A DNA stretch of 64,000 bases from a virus, in the IMG/VR virus record IMGVR_UViG_3300013117_000027, one strand, 5' to 3'. The translations under genes were made by a program, and so were the position numbers. Positions 1-9,895 of this stretch are shown here, in pieces; positions within the stretch are counted from its first letter, which is position 1; the number at the start of each line of letters is the position of its first letter. Below the pieces are notes generated by a model. The model searched no databases. It saw only the letters and a list, made by a program, of their open reading frames with translations, and was not told the DNA's origin.

Positions 1-2
1 AG

Positions 3-722
3 AAGTTATGGGATATGTTCGTATACATCTTCAGAATGTTATGGTGGAATGAGATATGGCCACGTGTTGTACTCTTTCACATAGAGATGACAGAGAAACT
101 TGTAGCAGTTCCTATCGATATACCTTTCCTTATCCTACGATTCTTTAAGAAGTTCACTAAGAAAAACTTCTACAAGTACGGACCTGTACACAGACTTCTT
201 AATAAGTTGAAAATATTCTTACTATGTTCTCTTCCTAGAGCTATATTCAAAGACTACGATCCTAGAAAAGAGATAAAAGTCTTTTACAACGATAAGATAA
301 CACCTGTTGTAGATATGTGTAGTATAGCTAAGCCTGTTAAAGAATGCTTAGAAAATGATGCACATGCACCTAAGTCTTTTAATAGTAACGCTGAAGGTGA
401 TGAAGATGGATGGCCTAAAGATCAGAAGAAAGCCAGAGACATGCAAGAAGGTATACGTGATACTATTAATAGAGAAACATCATCAACAGATGCTACATGT
501 GCTCCTATGAAGTTCATGGAGTTACTAAAAGAAGAAGCTGTAGAAGGTCCAGGACTTCCTCCTAACTGCGTAGAAGCAGCTAAGAAAGTTCTAGATGCTG
601 TATACGAAGATGCTATAAAATTCGGTGAGTATGATGGTCTAGATGATAGTGCTATAGATCAGATAAAGTCTACCTTAGATGGTAGTATTAAAGATGCGAT
701 TAAGGAGTCAAAGAATGGTTAA
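3..722 (+). CDS. Hypothetical phage protein, probably 5'-truncated by the window edge
   Basis: Frame is open from position 3 (aag tta tgg gat atg...) to TAA at 720-722; no recognisable motif. Confidence 0.7.
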   Translation, partial: KLWDMFVYIFRMLWWNEIWPRVVLFHIEMTEKLVAVPIDIPFLILRFFKKFTKKNFYKYGPVHRLLNKLKIFLLCSLPRAIFKDYDPRKEIKVFYNDKITPVVDMCSIAKPVKECLENDAHAPKSFNSNAEGDEDGWPKDQKKARDMQEGIRDTINRETSSTDATCAPMKFMELLKEEAVEGPGLPPNCVEAAKKVLDAVYEDAIKFGEYDGLDDSAIDQIKSTLDGSIKDAIKESKNG

Positions 723-978
723 GAATAAACACGGGTATACCCCAGCAGCTGTCATGTTTAATAATGTGATCAAAGAGATGAGAGACTATATAGAGTATCA
801 AAAATTCCTAGCGAGAACTATAATAGATAACGAGACTACAAGAGAGTTCAAGAAAAGAACAGATGAACATCCTCAGTCTAAGTATAGATTTAAGTATAAT
901 AATAAACTTGTTAATGCACATACAGCCGAAGGTAAGAAAGAGGTATTAGATGCCACTACCGAACAATCAAGCGAATAA
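715..978 (+). CDS. Small hypothetical protein (87 aa)
   Basis: ORF track gives 679..978, but AAGGAG at 702-707 precedes an in-frame ATG at 715 (MVKNKHGY...), the more likely start. Confidence 0.65.
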   Translation: MVKNKHGYTPAAVMFNNVIKEMRDYIEYQKFLARTIIDNETTREFKKRTDEHPQSKYRFKYNNKLVNAHTAEGKKEVLDATTEQSSE

Positions 979-2275
979 ACAGAAAGAGATACAAGACAAG
1001 ATTAGTAACTTTGCTGACCACTTAGGTCCAGCAGGAGCTAAGGGTGTTGTGGACTTGATAGGTCTTGCTACAGACTCTAAGTTAGACGCTATAGGTTTCT
1101 TGAAAAGACTTACTAACGACGTTAATGTTCCCGTCTTACAACCTCTTGCTAATGACTTAATAGAAGTTTTAGGTTCATTTTATACATCAGAAGAAGTATT
1201 GTGTTGTTTAATAAAGAATCTACTTGTTACCACTAAATTAGGACAAGCTATAGAGGACGCTAAGAAGAAGTTAAAAGATGAGTTAGATAGACTGTCTGAT
1301 AAAGAGAAAGCTGCAATTGTAGTAGGTACAGCTTCTGATCCTGTTACCTTATTAACTTTTAGTGTAGCAGAGTTAGGCTTTATAGATACAATAGATCAAC
1401 TTATATTTATAATAGATACTATCTTGGCTATTATGGGAACAAATATCACAGACATAATGATCCCACCTTTAGATTTTTCTAAGTTACTATCTGATTCTAT
1501 TGTTGGAATGATATGTATAGCGTTACAAGAAATTATATTCACGTTAAGAGATAGCGCTATTGCATGGATAGTAGACGCTTTAACAAAGAATGTTGGTAAC
1601 CAGGCATGGATTAAGTGCTTCCCTTATATGGGTCTTATACAGATTCTGAAAGAATATATACACGACTATGGTCTTCTAGATAAGTTGTTCAAGTTAATAG
1701 AAGGATTTGTAGGCGGTAAGCATGCAAAGTTTAAGAAATATTTAGAGGCTAAGTATCCAAAAAATGTTAAAGATATGGAGTTCTTGAAGTGGTTAAGAGA
1801 TGTTCTTATAAAGATTAGGAATGCTGCTATTAGTTGGGAATTCTGTGTAGACTTAAATTTTGATCCTACCGATGCAGATGAAAAGACAGAAGTGCAAAAG
1901 AATATAGGTATAGAGATTCTTAAAGATGATTTCAAGAAAAAGATAACAGGAAAGCCAGATGATAATATAAACACGACATTAGGCGATAACAATACTATAC
2001 TAATAAACGGAGATATAGAGAATCAAATTAATAAAGATAAGATCGGTGACTTTAGACCTCCGTCTAACAGTGAAGTAAACACCTTTCTAGTCAATCATAT
2101 GGGAATATCAAAAGATTTGGCTGATCAACTAACAGGTTTAACCGATAGAGACAATGTTCAAGGTAGCCTTAGTAGTGATCCACATACGACGAATAACGAT
2201 TGCGGTTATGTTCTAAGTGTTTCTGACCTTGATTCGCAGATTCGTAAACTATTAAGAAGTAATGGATTAGTGTAA
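950..2275 (+). CDS. Hypothetical helical protein with hydrophobic segments, coupled to the portal gene
   Basis: 441-aa ORF with GAGG upstream; TAATG overlap with the portal start; hydrophobic stretches (QLIFIIDTILAIMG, IVGMICIALQEIIF). Confidence 0.75.
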   Translation: MPLPNNQANKQKEIQDKISNFADHLGPAGAKGVVDLIGLATDSKLDAIGFLKRLTNDVNVPVLQPLANDLIEVLGSFYTSEEVLCCLIKNLLVTTKLGQAIEDAKKKLKDELDRLSDKEKAAIVVGTASDPVTLLTFSVAELGFIDTIDQLIFIIDTILAIMGTNITDIMIPPLDFSKLLSDSIVGMICIALQEIIFTLRDSAIAWIVDALTKNVGNQAWIKCFPYMGLIQILKEYIHDYGLLDKLFKLIEGFVGGKHAKFKKYLEAKYPKNVKDMEFLKWLRDVLIKIRNAAISWEFCVDLNFDPTDADEKTEVQKNIGIEILKDDFKKKITGKPDDNINTTLGDNNTILINGDIENQINKDKIGDFRPPSNSEVNTFLVNHMGISKDLADQLTGLTDRDNVQGSLSSDPHTTNNDCGYVLSVSDLDSQIRKLLRSNGLV

Positions 2276-4338
2276 TGTTTGAAGACCTTAAGTATAACAA
2301 TACCATAAGAGAGCAAGATTACGATATGTATGGACAACCGCTAGCAGACGCTGCTAAGATAGGAGATCCTGTTATAAAGTTTTCTCGTCCTGTGTATATT
2401 AAAAGACAAAGTACCCAGTATCGTCCTGAAGGGGTTCAGTTTTATAGACCAGAGTATGATCTTCCTACTATAGCAAACGCAGTCGCCTTAGATGGTATAC
2501 TTAATAGATCGGTAGCTATATATGTAGAACAGATTATGAAGAACGGGTTTGAATATGTATCAACGTCAGACAGAATGCAGAATCATGCTAACAAACGTAT
2601 ACGTGAGATAGAACTAGGTACTAATATTAAACTTACCGAGATAGTGTCTACGATTGCTAACCAGTTAGTTACATACGGTACTGCTTATCTTATTAAAGTA
2701 AGGAAAAACTCTAAGATAGGGAAAACTTATAAGTTGTATAATAGAAAAGTTAAACCTGTAGTAGGAGTATTTGTTGCTGACGCTACTACCATGGAAGTTG
2801 GTCTTAACGCTAAACAAAAGGTTACTCATTACAGACAAAATCTTAATGGACAATGGAATACTTTTATGGTAGACGATGTTATTCAGTTTACTTATAATAA
2901 AGTTCCAGGACAGTTAACTGGAAGATCTAATATTAATCAAGTGTTAGACGATGTAAGAGCGTTAAGAAAACTAGAAGAAGAAGTAGAGATCTTAGGTTTT
3001 CAATATGCTATACCTTTATACTTATATAAAGTAGGAACAGACTCCCATCCTGCTGCACCTGGTGAAGTAGACGCTGTAAGTACTACTATTAATCATATGC
3101 CTACCTATGGTATGATGTGTGTACCTCATACACACGATATGGAAGCCGTATCTCAATCTAATGCTAATATTGATATAATGCCGTTTATAGATCATTACAA
3201 GAATAGAATAAACGCTGGTCTTGGTATATCATCTGTTGCTATGGGACAGTCAGATACTTCTAATAGGAATACATCAGAGATACAAGATTTATCAATGCAG
3301 ACTATTACAAAGTCTTACCAACAAATTATAAAGAACAAGTTAGACCTAGAGTTATTCAAAGAGATAATACTTGATGCTGGCGCTAATCCAATGAACTTCG
3401 ACCTAGAGATAAGATTCCCAGAGATAGATCTAGAAGCACAGATAAAGCATGAGACACATGTTCTACAAAAATATCAAGGTAACCTTATATCAAGAGAAGA
3501 AGCAAGATTACAAATAGATATGGAATCTAAGATAAACGAACAAGACTTTCACTTAGAAAATGTTCAGATACCTCTTATAGAAGCAGAAGCTAAAGCTAAG
3601 ATGGGTATACAAGAACCTGCTCTTAAGACACAAGAAAAGATAGCACGTATGGGTGCTGCCGCTAAGCCAACAACGTCAACCGGTAGATCATCTAGTATAG
3701 GAGCTAAGGCTAAGTCTAAGACAACGAAGTCTACAAATAGTACTACATCTAAAAGTCAACCTTCTAATCAATCAGGTAAACAGTTATCTAGACCTAAGAT
3801 TAAGAGAGACTTTATAGACAGTATGACTGATTACACAGATACTATCGGTGGTATCTTCATAGACGGTAACGGACATAAGTCAGACATTAACCGTAGTACA
3901 TACCTTAAGAAGGTTAGAAACAATATAAAATCTAATGTTACAGAGTATTTGAACTATACTATTAAAGACTATTCAGAGTATTATCATACAGACAGTGACA
4001 TAGATAAATGTAAGGTCAGAGATGAGATAACAGACTACATAATGCTTCGAGTAGAAGATAAGGTTAAAAGACTTGCTAAAGTAGATTCATTAGCTATAGT
4101 AAGATATACGTTAGATTCTATTAAAGACGAAGTAGATTGTGAAGAACGTATAGATAACTATGTTAGAGCATATTTCTTAAGAAGTATGGGTTACACAAGT
4201 ATACTATATAATTCTGACGATTGTATATTACATTCTGACTATAATATAGATATAGAGAATGTGTCTATAGGCACAGTACCTCCATTAAAGTATGGATGTG
4301 GTTGTATAATAAAGGATCATACAGATGGCAATAGCTAA
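2275..4338 (+). CDS. Portal protein with C-terminal extension
   Basis: Portal-like pattern (NQLVTYGTAYLIK; VIQFTYNKVPGQLTGRSNI; RINAGLGIS...SNRNTS; GNLISREEARLQI); immediately upstream of protease and capsid genes. Confidence 0.85.
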   Translation: MFEDLKYNNTIREQDYDMYGQPLADAAKIGDPVIKFSRPVYIKRQSTQYRPEGVQFYRPEYDLPTIANAVALDGILNRSVAIYVEQIMKNGFEYVSTSDRMQNHANKRIREIELGTNIKLTEIVSTIANQLVTYGTAYLIKVRKNSKIGKTYKLYNRKVKPVVGVFVADATTMEVGLNAKQKVTHYRQNLNGQWNTFMVDDVIQFTYNKVPGQLTGRSNINQVLDDVRALRKLEEEVEILGFQYAIPLYLYKVGTDSHPAAPGEVDAVSTTINHMPTYGMMCVPHTHDMEAVSQSNANIDIMPFIDHYKNRINAGLGISSVAMGQSDTSNRNTSEIQDLSMQTITKSYQQIIKNKLDLELFKEIILDAGANPMNFDLEIRFPEIDLEAQIKHETHVLQKYQGNLISREEARLQIDMESKINEQDFHLENVQIPLIEAEAKAKMGIQEPALKTQEKIARMGAAAKPTTSTGRSSSIGAKAKSKTTKSTNSTTSKSQPSNQSGKQLSRPKIKRDFIDSMTDYTDTIGGIFIDGNGHKSDINRSTYLKKVRNNIKSNVTEYLNYTIKDYSEYYHTDSDIDKCKVRDEITDYIMLRVEDKVKRLAKVDSLAIVRYTLDSIKDEVDCEERIDNYVRAYFLRSMGYTSILYNSDDCILHSDYNIDIENVSIGTVPPLKYGCGCIIKDHTDGNS

Positions 4339-5869
4339 CATAGAAACATTTTGTGACACAAAAGACTTTATAGATATTAAGATGAGAGCTACTCACTTAG
4401 AGTTTATTAATAGTAATAGTTTATGGTATACATTGAAAGCTGCTAAGAGATGCGGTAAGTCATGGGTTTCGCCTTACAATCTTCCGCAGTTACTTCATCA
4501 TGATAAACGTAAAGATCCTGTTGGTCGAATTATCGACTACAAGATAAAGAATACAAAGAAAGATACTAATCCATTAGACGGCGAACCAGAGAACTTCGTT
4601 GAACTTACTGTGCGTATAAGTGACAAGAAAGCTATGGCAAATGTTTTACGTGGACTATATAATACTGGATCAGTAGGTAGTTCTGCTGATAAAGTTATAT
4701 GTAGTGAATGCGGACAGGTCATTACTGAAGAAGGACTTTGTGAACACGATAAAGGTACCCTTAATGATAAGGGACAAACTATATATTGGATTATAGATAA
4801 TATAACATATAGGGAGAACTCGTTCGTTAATACTCCTGCTGACTCGTTCAGTAGAATAGTAGATATTAATCTTGGTAACGGCTTTACTCCTTATAACGAT
4901 TTCCTGGACAACCGGGAAGTAATAATAAAAGGAATAATCACGGAGGATTCGATGATTAAAGATGCAAAACTCACTGCTGCGGCAAGAAAGAAACTTCCTG
5001 AGTCTATTTTTTGCGGTCCGGGACGCACTTTTCCATCACATGACGAAGCACATGTGAAGAGTGGTCTTAAACTAATAGATTCATTAGAACTATCTGATGA
5101 AACAAAGAATAAGATAAAAGGAACCTTGTATCGTAAAGGTAAGAGGTTTAATGTCACTCCAACAGATGAAGAACTAACAACTAATCCAGAACTTCTAATG
5201 TATCGTAAAGATGAAGACTTCAGTGATGAAGAAAAGACATCTTTAGAAGATTACTTTAAGGCAAATCCTGAAGCAGATCTTCCTGTAGTAGAAGATACTA
5301 TACCAGAAGTAAAAGATGAAGAAGTTAAAGACGAAATCAGTTTCGACGACATCAAGAAGAAAAATAAAGATGAAATCGTAGCATATACAGAAAACATTAT
5401 AAAAGAACATAATGATGCAGTAAGTACGTATACTAAAGAAGTAACAGATCTTAAGACTGAAAAAGAAAGATTAAGTACTGAATTATCTGACAAAGATAGT
5501 ATACTAAATGCTAAAGAGGATGAAATTAGTAAGCTATTAGACGATAATGCAGTTTTAGAAAATAAGTATAAGAAAACTCTTGTTTCAACTATTCTAGATC
5601 TTAAAGAACTAGATGTAGAAGATAAGAAAGATGAGTTAGAAAATAAATATATGGCGCGTGGATTCGATAGTTTAATTGATACTATTAACGATCTACGAAG
5701 TCTTAATCTAGATAGCCCATCTGAAAAGGTTGATGATCCAACTATTACAGATGATGGCCAAGGAGATAACAAAGGCACAAAACCAGAAGAACAAGAGGAT
5801 AGTGAAGAACTCACACCACCTGAAACTCTTGATCCAAAGTTCGGTGTTTTTTACACAAAACGAAACTAG
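4325..5869 (+). CDS. Prohead protease fused to scaffolding domain
   Basis: N-terminal LLHHD...PVGRI...GSVGS...ENSFVNTPAD pattern of phage capsid maturation proteases, with a CSEC...CEH zinc-ribbon-like insert; acidic coiled-coil C-terminal half; lies between portal and capsid genes. Confidence 0.8.
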   Translation: MAIANIETFCDTKDFIDIKMRATHLEFINSNSLWYTLKAAKRCGKSWVSPYNLPQLLHHDKRKDPVGRIIDYKIKNTKKDTNPLDGEPENFVELTVRISDKKAMANVLRGLYNTGSVGSSADKVICSECGQVITEEGLCEHDKGTLNDKGQTIYWIIDNITYRENSFVNTPADSFSRIVDINLGNGFTPYNDFLDNREVIIKGIITEDSMIKDAKLTAAARKKLPESIFCGPGRTFPSHDEAHVKSGLKLIDSLELSDETKNKIKGTLYRKGKRFNVTPTDEELTTNPELLMYRKDEDFSDEEKTSLEDYFKANPEADLPVVEDTIPEVKDEEVKDEISFDDIKKKNKDEIVAYTENIIKEHNDAVSTYTKEVTDLKTEKERLSTELSDKDSILNAKEDEISKLLDDNAVLENKYKKTLVSTILDLKELDVEDKKDELENKYMARGFDSLIDTINDLRSLNLDSPSEKVDDPTITDDGQGDNKGTKPEEQEDSEELTPPETLDPKFGVFYTKRN

Positions 5870-5881
5870 GAGGATTTAAAA

Positions 5882-6982
5882 ATGGCAGTAGGAAATTTTA
5901 GTTTGCCGTTCAATATCCATAATATCCAAGAACAACCTATCAGAAATAGACCGGATAGATACGCACAGACTCCTTTAGCGGAAAGATTTCGCTTTGAAGT
6001 AAGTGAAGGTGTACGTCCTGCCGAATTTCTAGGCGTTTATAAGTATCTACCAGTAATGCAAAAAGATGTTACTACAGAAGATTACATTGTTCTTCCTAAA
6101 GGTAGAATAGTCTCAGCAATAAGCTCTGAAGATTCAACACCAACAGGTGGAATGGTAACTCCATCGGGTGAAGGAACAATATACTCTTTTACTAGTGCTA
6201 TCGATGGAACACTTAAAACACGTTCTATAGATAATTCTTTCTGGGGATATGACGAAGATATAAATGGATTAATCGTTCCATGTAATGGTGGAACAGATCA
6301 CTTAGCATACTATAGTGCTAATGATGCTACTAACGAAACTATAACAAATTCCGGTACAGTAGCAGCAGCTGGCGACGGCATTGTTATACCTGCTAACTAT
6401 CCTATAGGTACAATCTATCATGATTGGTATCAAGATATACGTGGTAGAGACCTTAACTATCAAATGTGGCCAGATGGTGGTCATGTACTTTGCGACTGGT
6501 ACGTAGAAGTTCCTTTTGTTAAAGTTACAGATGGTGCTAATTGGACTCCACTTGGATCTGGTATAACACCAGTAGCAGAAGCTTATAATCTTACAGATTA
6601 CAATGCTAAGTATAATATAAATAAGAAGTTCACATACCTCGCAGTTAACATTGACACCGATACATTCAGACCAGGTGTTTTCATTCAGTCTGACCTTATA
6701 GGTAACTATACTTATCAAGGTGTTGGCAATAAAACTGTACAAACAGTCGGAAGGCTTATGAGTATCGATAATAGATACCCTAAAAATGGTATGGAAGATG
6801 TACAAACATATCCAGGCAGTGATATGCCAGGAACACAAACAGCAGGTTTACCTGGATTCTTATTCGAATTCGTGTATGCTTGTCAATCATTAACTGGCAC
6901 AGCGCCAACAGTTGAGGAAATCCTTAACTACGTGCAAGCTGGTTACTATGGCGTAGCCAAGATTCAACTTTCAATAGCATAA
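5882..6982 (+). CDS. Putative capsid decoration / minor capsid protein
   Basis: Strong SD (AGGAGG); Gly/Thr-rich, beta-type sequence; located between protease and major capsid gene. Function inferred from synteny. Confidence 0.55.
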   Translation: MAVGNFSLPFNIHNIQEQPIRNRPDRYAQTPLAERFRFEVSEGVRPAEFLGVYKYLPVMQKDVTTEDYIVLPKGRIVSAISSEDSTPTGGMVTPSGEGTIYSFTSAIDGTLKTRSIDNSFWGYDEDINGLIVPCNGGTDHLAYYSANDATNETITNSGTVAAAGDGIVIPANYPIGTIYHDWYQDIRGRDLNYQMWPDGGHVLCDWYVEVPFVKVTDGANWTPLGSGITPVAEAYNLTDYNAKYNINKKFTYLAVNIDTDTFRPGVFIQSDLIGNYTYQGVGNKTVQTVGRLMSIDNRYPKNGMEDVQTYPGSDMPGTQTAGLPGFLFEFVYACQSLTGTAPTVEEILNYVQAGYYGVAKIQLSIA

Positions 6983-6988
6983 GGAGTT

Positions 6989-8326
6989 ATGATGAGTATG
7001 TATATTAGAGACGAAGTAGCGATAAAGGCTTTTCCGAAAGCAAAAGAAAGAAATGCATTTTATAATGTATACAATGCTTTTACTAATCGCGGACTTATGA
7101 AAGATGACAAAGGCGATGCTGATTACTTTGAACTTCGAGATTTAGTTACTCAGCAAGGTCTTACACGTTTTATACCACAAAGTATAGAAGTAGTTGTAAG
7201 AGAAGCTTTAGAACCTAATCTATTCATCGTTGATAGACTCTTTCAACCTGTTCACATTCCTCGTGGAACACGTATCCAAATCGGTGCGGTCGGAGCAATG
7301 GAAGCAGCAAGAGTTGATCAAGGTGGTGAATACAAGGAAAAGTTCATGGACTTAGACGGTGGGAACATGATCGGACTCACAACTCATAAACATGGTCTTA
7401 AGATCTCTATGACTCAAGAAGTCTTAGATGATAACCTTTTCGATGTCGTTGGAATCTGGCTTAGAGCAGCTGGTAGAGCATTAGCTCGTCACAAAGAACG
7501 TCAAGGTGCGAAGATTATAAATGAAATAGGTTATGACGTATACGATAATATGGATCCTCTAAATTCATATCTAGGTAATACTACAGGTAGAGATATCTCT
7601 GGTACACCTAATGGTACAATGACTGTAAACGATGTATTCGGTATGTATACATACTTACTACACCGTGGATTCAATCCTAATGTACTTATGATGCACCCAT
7701 TTGCTTGGAAAACATTTATGACTGACACAGAAATGCGTGAAGTCGTTCTCCAAGGATCAACAGTAACAAGTGTAAGAAATCCTGCTGGATCATACGCTGA
7801 AAACTGGGGAACATCACATGAAGGATATGGTCTAAGAACAACTGCAACAGGTTATAGTGAAACATCTGGCAACCAAGTTAAGGGTGGAAACGCTTGGACA
7901 CAAACACTTAACCCTCTAGGTGCTACATTTAATATAGCCCCATCATACTTACCTTCTCCAGTAGAAGTGATTGTTACACCATACATTCCTTTCAGAGTTG
8001 GTAACAGAGGCGATGCTAGTGCAGGTAATGAATCTACAAGAGGTTCAATGTCTAACCTTGTCATGGTTGATTCAAGCAACTGTGGTATAATCGGACAATC
8101 AATGCCAGTAACAGTAGATAAGTGGACAGACCCAGAACGCGATATCGAAAACGTTAAGTTAAGAGAAGCGTATGGATTTGCAGTACTTGAACAAGGTAAG
8201 AGTATAGCAGTAGCTCGTAATGTAAGTACAGAACGTAACTACAACTTTGAAAATAGTAATAATCAAACTCTTAGTGAAATAACTAAGGATAGTGGTATCA
8301 TACCTAACTTAGGTAACTCTCTGTAA
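6989..8326 (+). CDS. Major capsid protein (HK97 fold expected)
   Basis: 445 aa; FIPQSIEVVVREALEP, KHGLKISMTQEVLDD, AGRALARHKE, LMMHPFAW, KLREAYGFAVL match the layout of HK97-type capsid proteins; SD AAGGAG; followed by a terminator. Confidence 0.85.
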   Translation: MMSMYIRDEVAIKAFPKAKERNAFYNVYNAFTNRGLMKDDKGDADYFELRDLVTQQGLTRFIPQSIEVVVREALEPNLFIVDRLFQPVHIPRGTRIQIGAVGAMEAARVDQGGEYKEKFMDLDGGNMIGLTTHKHGLKISMTQEVLDDNLFDVVGIWLRAAGRALARHKERQGAKIINEIGYDVYDNMDPLNSYLGNTTGRDISGTPNGTMTVNDVFGMYTYLLHRGFNPNVLMMHPFAWKTFMTDTEMREVVLQGSTVTSVRNPAGSYAENWGTSHEGYGLRTTATGYSETSGNQVKGGNAWTQTLNPLGATFNIAPSYLPSPVEVIVTPYIPFRVGNRGDASAGNESTRGSMSNLVMVDSSNCGIIGQSMPVTVDKWTDPERDIENVKLREAYGFAVLEQGKSIAVARNVSTERNYNFENSNNQTLSEITKDSGIIPNLGNSL

Positions 8327-8356
8327 AATAGAAGTAGTTAGTTAAATATATATAAG

Positions 8357-8385
8357 AGGGGCGTACAATAGTACGTCCCTTTTTT
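8357..8385 (+). terminator. Intrinsic terminator after the major capsid gene
   Basis: AGGGGCGTAC-AATA-GTACGTCCCT hairpin followed by a T run. Confidence 0.85.
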
Positions 8386-8478
8386 GTTGTCTTATTACTT
8401 ATGATCTAAAGTTACTATACTAATTCATTAGGTGCTCTACACCTATATACGAAGTATACTATAAACATTGGAGATAAT

Positions 8479-9177
8479 ATGGGAAAAGCAAAAACAATAA
8501 AGTTGCCTAAGTATCTTAAACTAGCAAAGGGATTAATGTGGTTTGATATAGATGGCGAGAACGCAAGTGGCGTTCAACTTATAGCAACAGATGAGCAATT
8601 TGTTGGAAGAGGATATAACACTGATTCTGAATGGAATAAGTACAAACAAGATGGTTATATGTCGGTGAAACCTGTGGTTAACGATCTTAACGATAATAAG
8701 AATTCAGAAGATGGTCAGTATGGATACGTTAAATTACAAAAAGATAGATCATATTTTTGTACAACAAATATACCTAATACGAAGTTAGGTCATATACTTA
8801 CTGCTTATCAAAATGGAATACTTGTTAAGTATGATCCTAAGAAAGCGACTAAAATTAGATCAGAAGATGAAAAAGATCGCGAAATATTTCCTACACAACA
8901 AAAAGACTTCGCTTATAGACATGATGGAGACATAGTGTTCGAAGGAAATAATAAGGAAATATTTAGTAAGCTTCAAACTCTTAGTTATGAGAAACTTTGT
9001 AAGTTTATAGACGATTGCACACCAAGGTCTAGAGAACACTTACAAGATATGCTCGAATATGAACAAAAGGGTTATAATCCTCTATCAAGACCAAGAGATG
9101 AAGTTCTTAGATATATAAGAAAGAAACTTAATTCTTTTGGTAGCGGAATATCATCTATACGTGTAGATGAAGATTAA
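8479..9177 (+). CDS. Hypothetical protein of the head module
   Basis: 232-aa ORF with GGAG SD; no motif recognised. Confidence 0.75.
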   Translation: MGKAKTIKLPKYLKLAKGLMWFDIDGENASGVQLIATDEQFVGRGYNTDSEWNKYKQDGYMSVKPVVNDLNDNKNSEDGQYGYVKLQKDRSYFCTTNIPNTKLGHILTAYQNGILVKYDPKKATKIRSEDEKDREIFPTQQKDFAYRHDGDIVFEGNNKEIFSKLQTLSYEKLCKFIDDCTPRSREHLQDMLEYEQKGYNPLSRPRDEVLRYIRKKLNSFGSGISSIRVDED

Positions 9178-9188
9178 AGGTTGTAACA

Positions 9189-9887
9189 ATGGCAAACTTC
9201 TATGTATCTGGACATTATCCTAATATAAATCAAGAGGCTATTCCTCGTAACCCTGAGATAAGGGTTATTTTTAACAAGGCATTAAGAACGAGTTCTATAG
9301 ACTATAGAACTATTAGTGTTCATGATGATCTTTACACTACTATACCTGGTACAGAAGGATGGGACTATACTAGTCGCGGCACATCGAGTGGTATGGCTAA
9401 CATCTTAACTTTTACACCTTCTATCTTGTTAGCTTCTAATACAAGATATACTGTATATGTTCATAGAAAACCAGATTCTGTTATAAGTATGTATGATGAT
9501 CAGTTAGATGATTCTTATACATTCTCTTTTATAACAGGAAGTGGTAGTATAGAAGGTCAACATCTTACACGAGAAGAACAATTAGAACTAGACCTTCAAC
9601 GAGCTATAGATCTAGAAGATTGGGAGTTAGCTGCACAAATACAGGCGTTACTAGATAGTGTTGACGAAAGCGGAGTTCTTCCGACTGAACCTGTTATAAG
9701 TGGACAACCTGTACCAGAAGTAATAGAAGACCTAGCGTTAACTTCTTCCTATCCTACTAACGGACAAGGAAATGTTTCCTTGACTAATCTTAAGTTTATA
9801 AAACTAGGATTTAATGATGTAATTTATTCGTCAGGTATTGCATTCGAACGATACATCTCAGTAGTTAAACGTAACGTTCTTAGTTAG
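9189..9887 (+). CDS. Ig-like (Big_5/SbsA-type) virion protein with a UVR-like motif
   Basis: YPNINQEAIPRNPEIRVIFNKAL...LTFTPSILLASNTRYTVYV...YTFSFIT is a Big_5-type pattern; followed by QLELDLQRAIDLEDWELAAQIQALL and the first half of a second Ig repeat. Confidence 0.7.
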   Translation: MANFYVSGHYPNINQEAIPRNPEIRVIFNKALRTSSIDYRTISVHDDLYTTIPGTEGWDYTSRGTSSGMANILTFTPSILLASNTRYTVYVHRKPDSVISMYDDQLDDSYTFSFITGSGSIEGQHLTREEQLELDLQRAIDLEDWELAAQIQALLDSVDESGVLPTEPVISGQPVPEVIEDLALTSSYPTNGQGNVSLTNLKFIKLGFNDVIYSSGIAFERYISVVKRNVLS

Positions 9888-9895
9888 GAGATATA

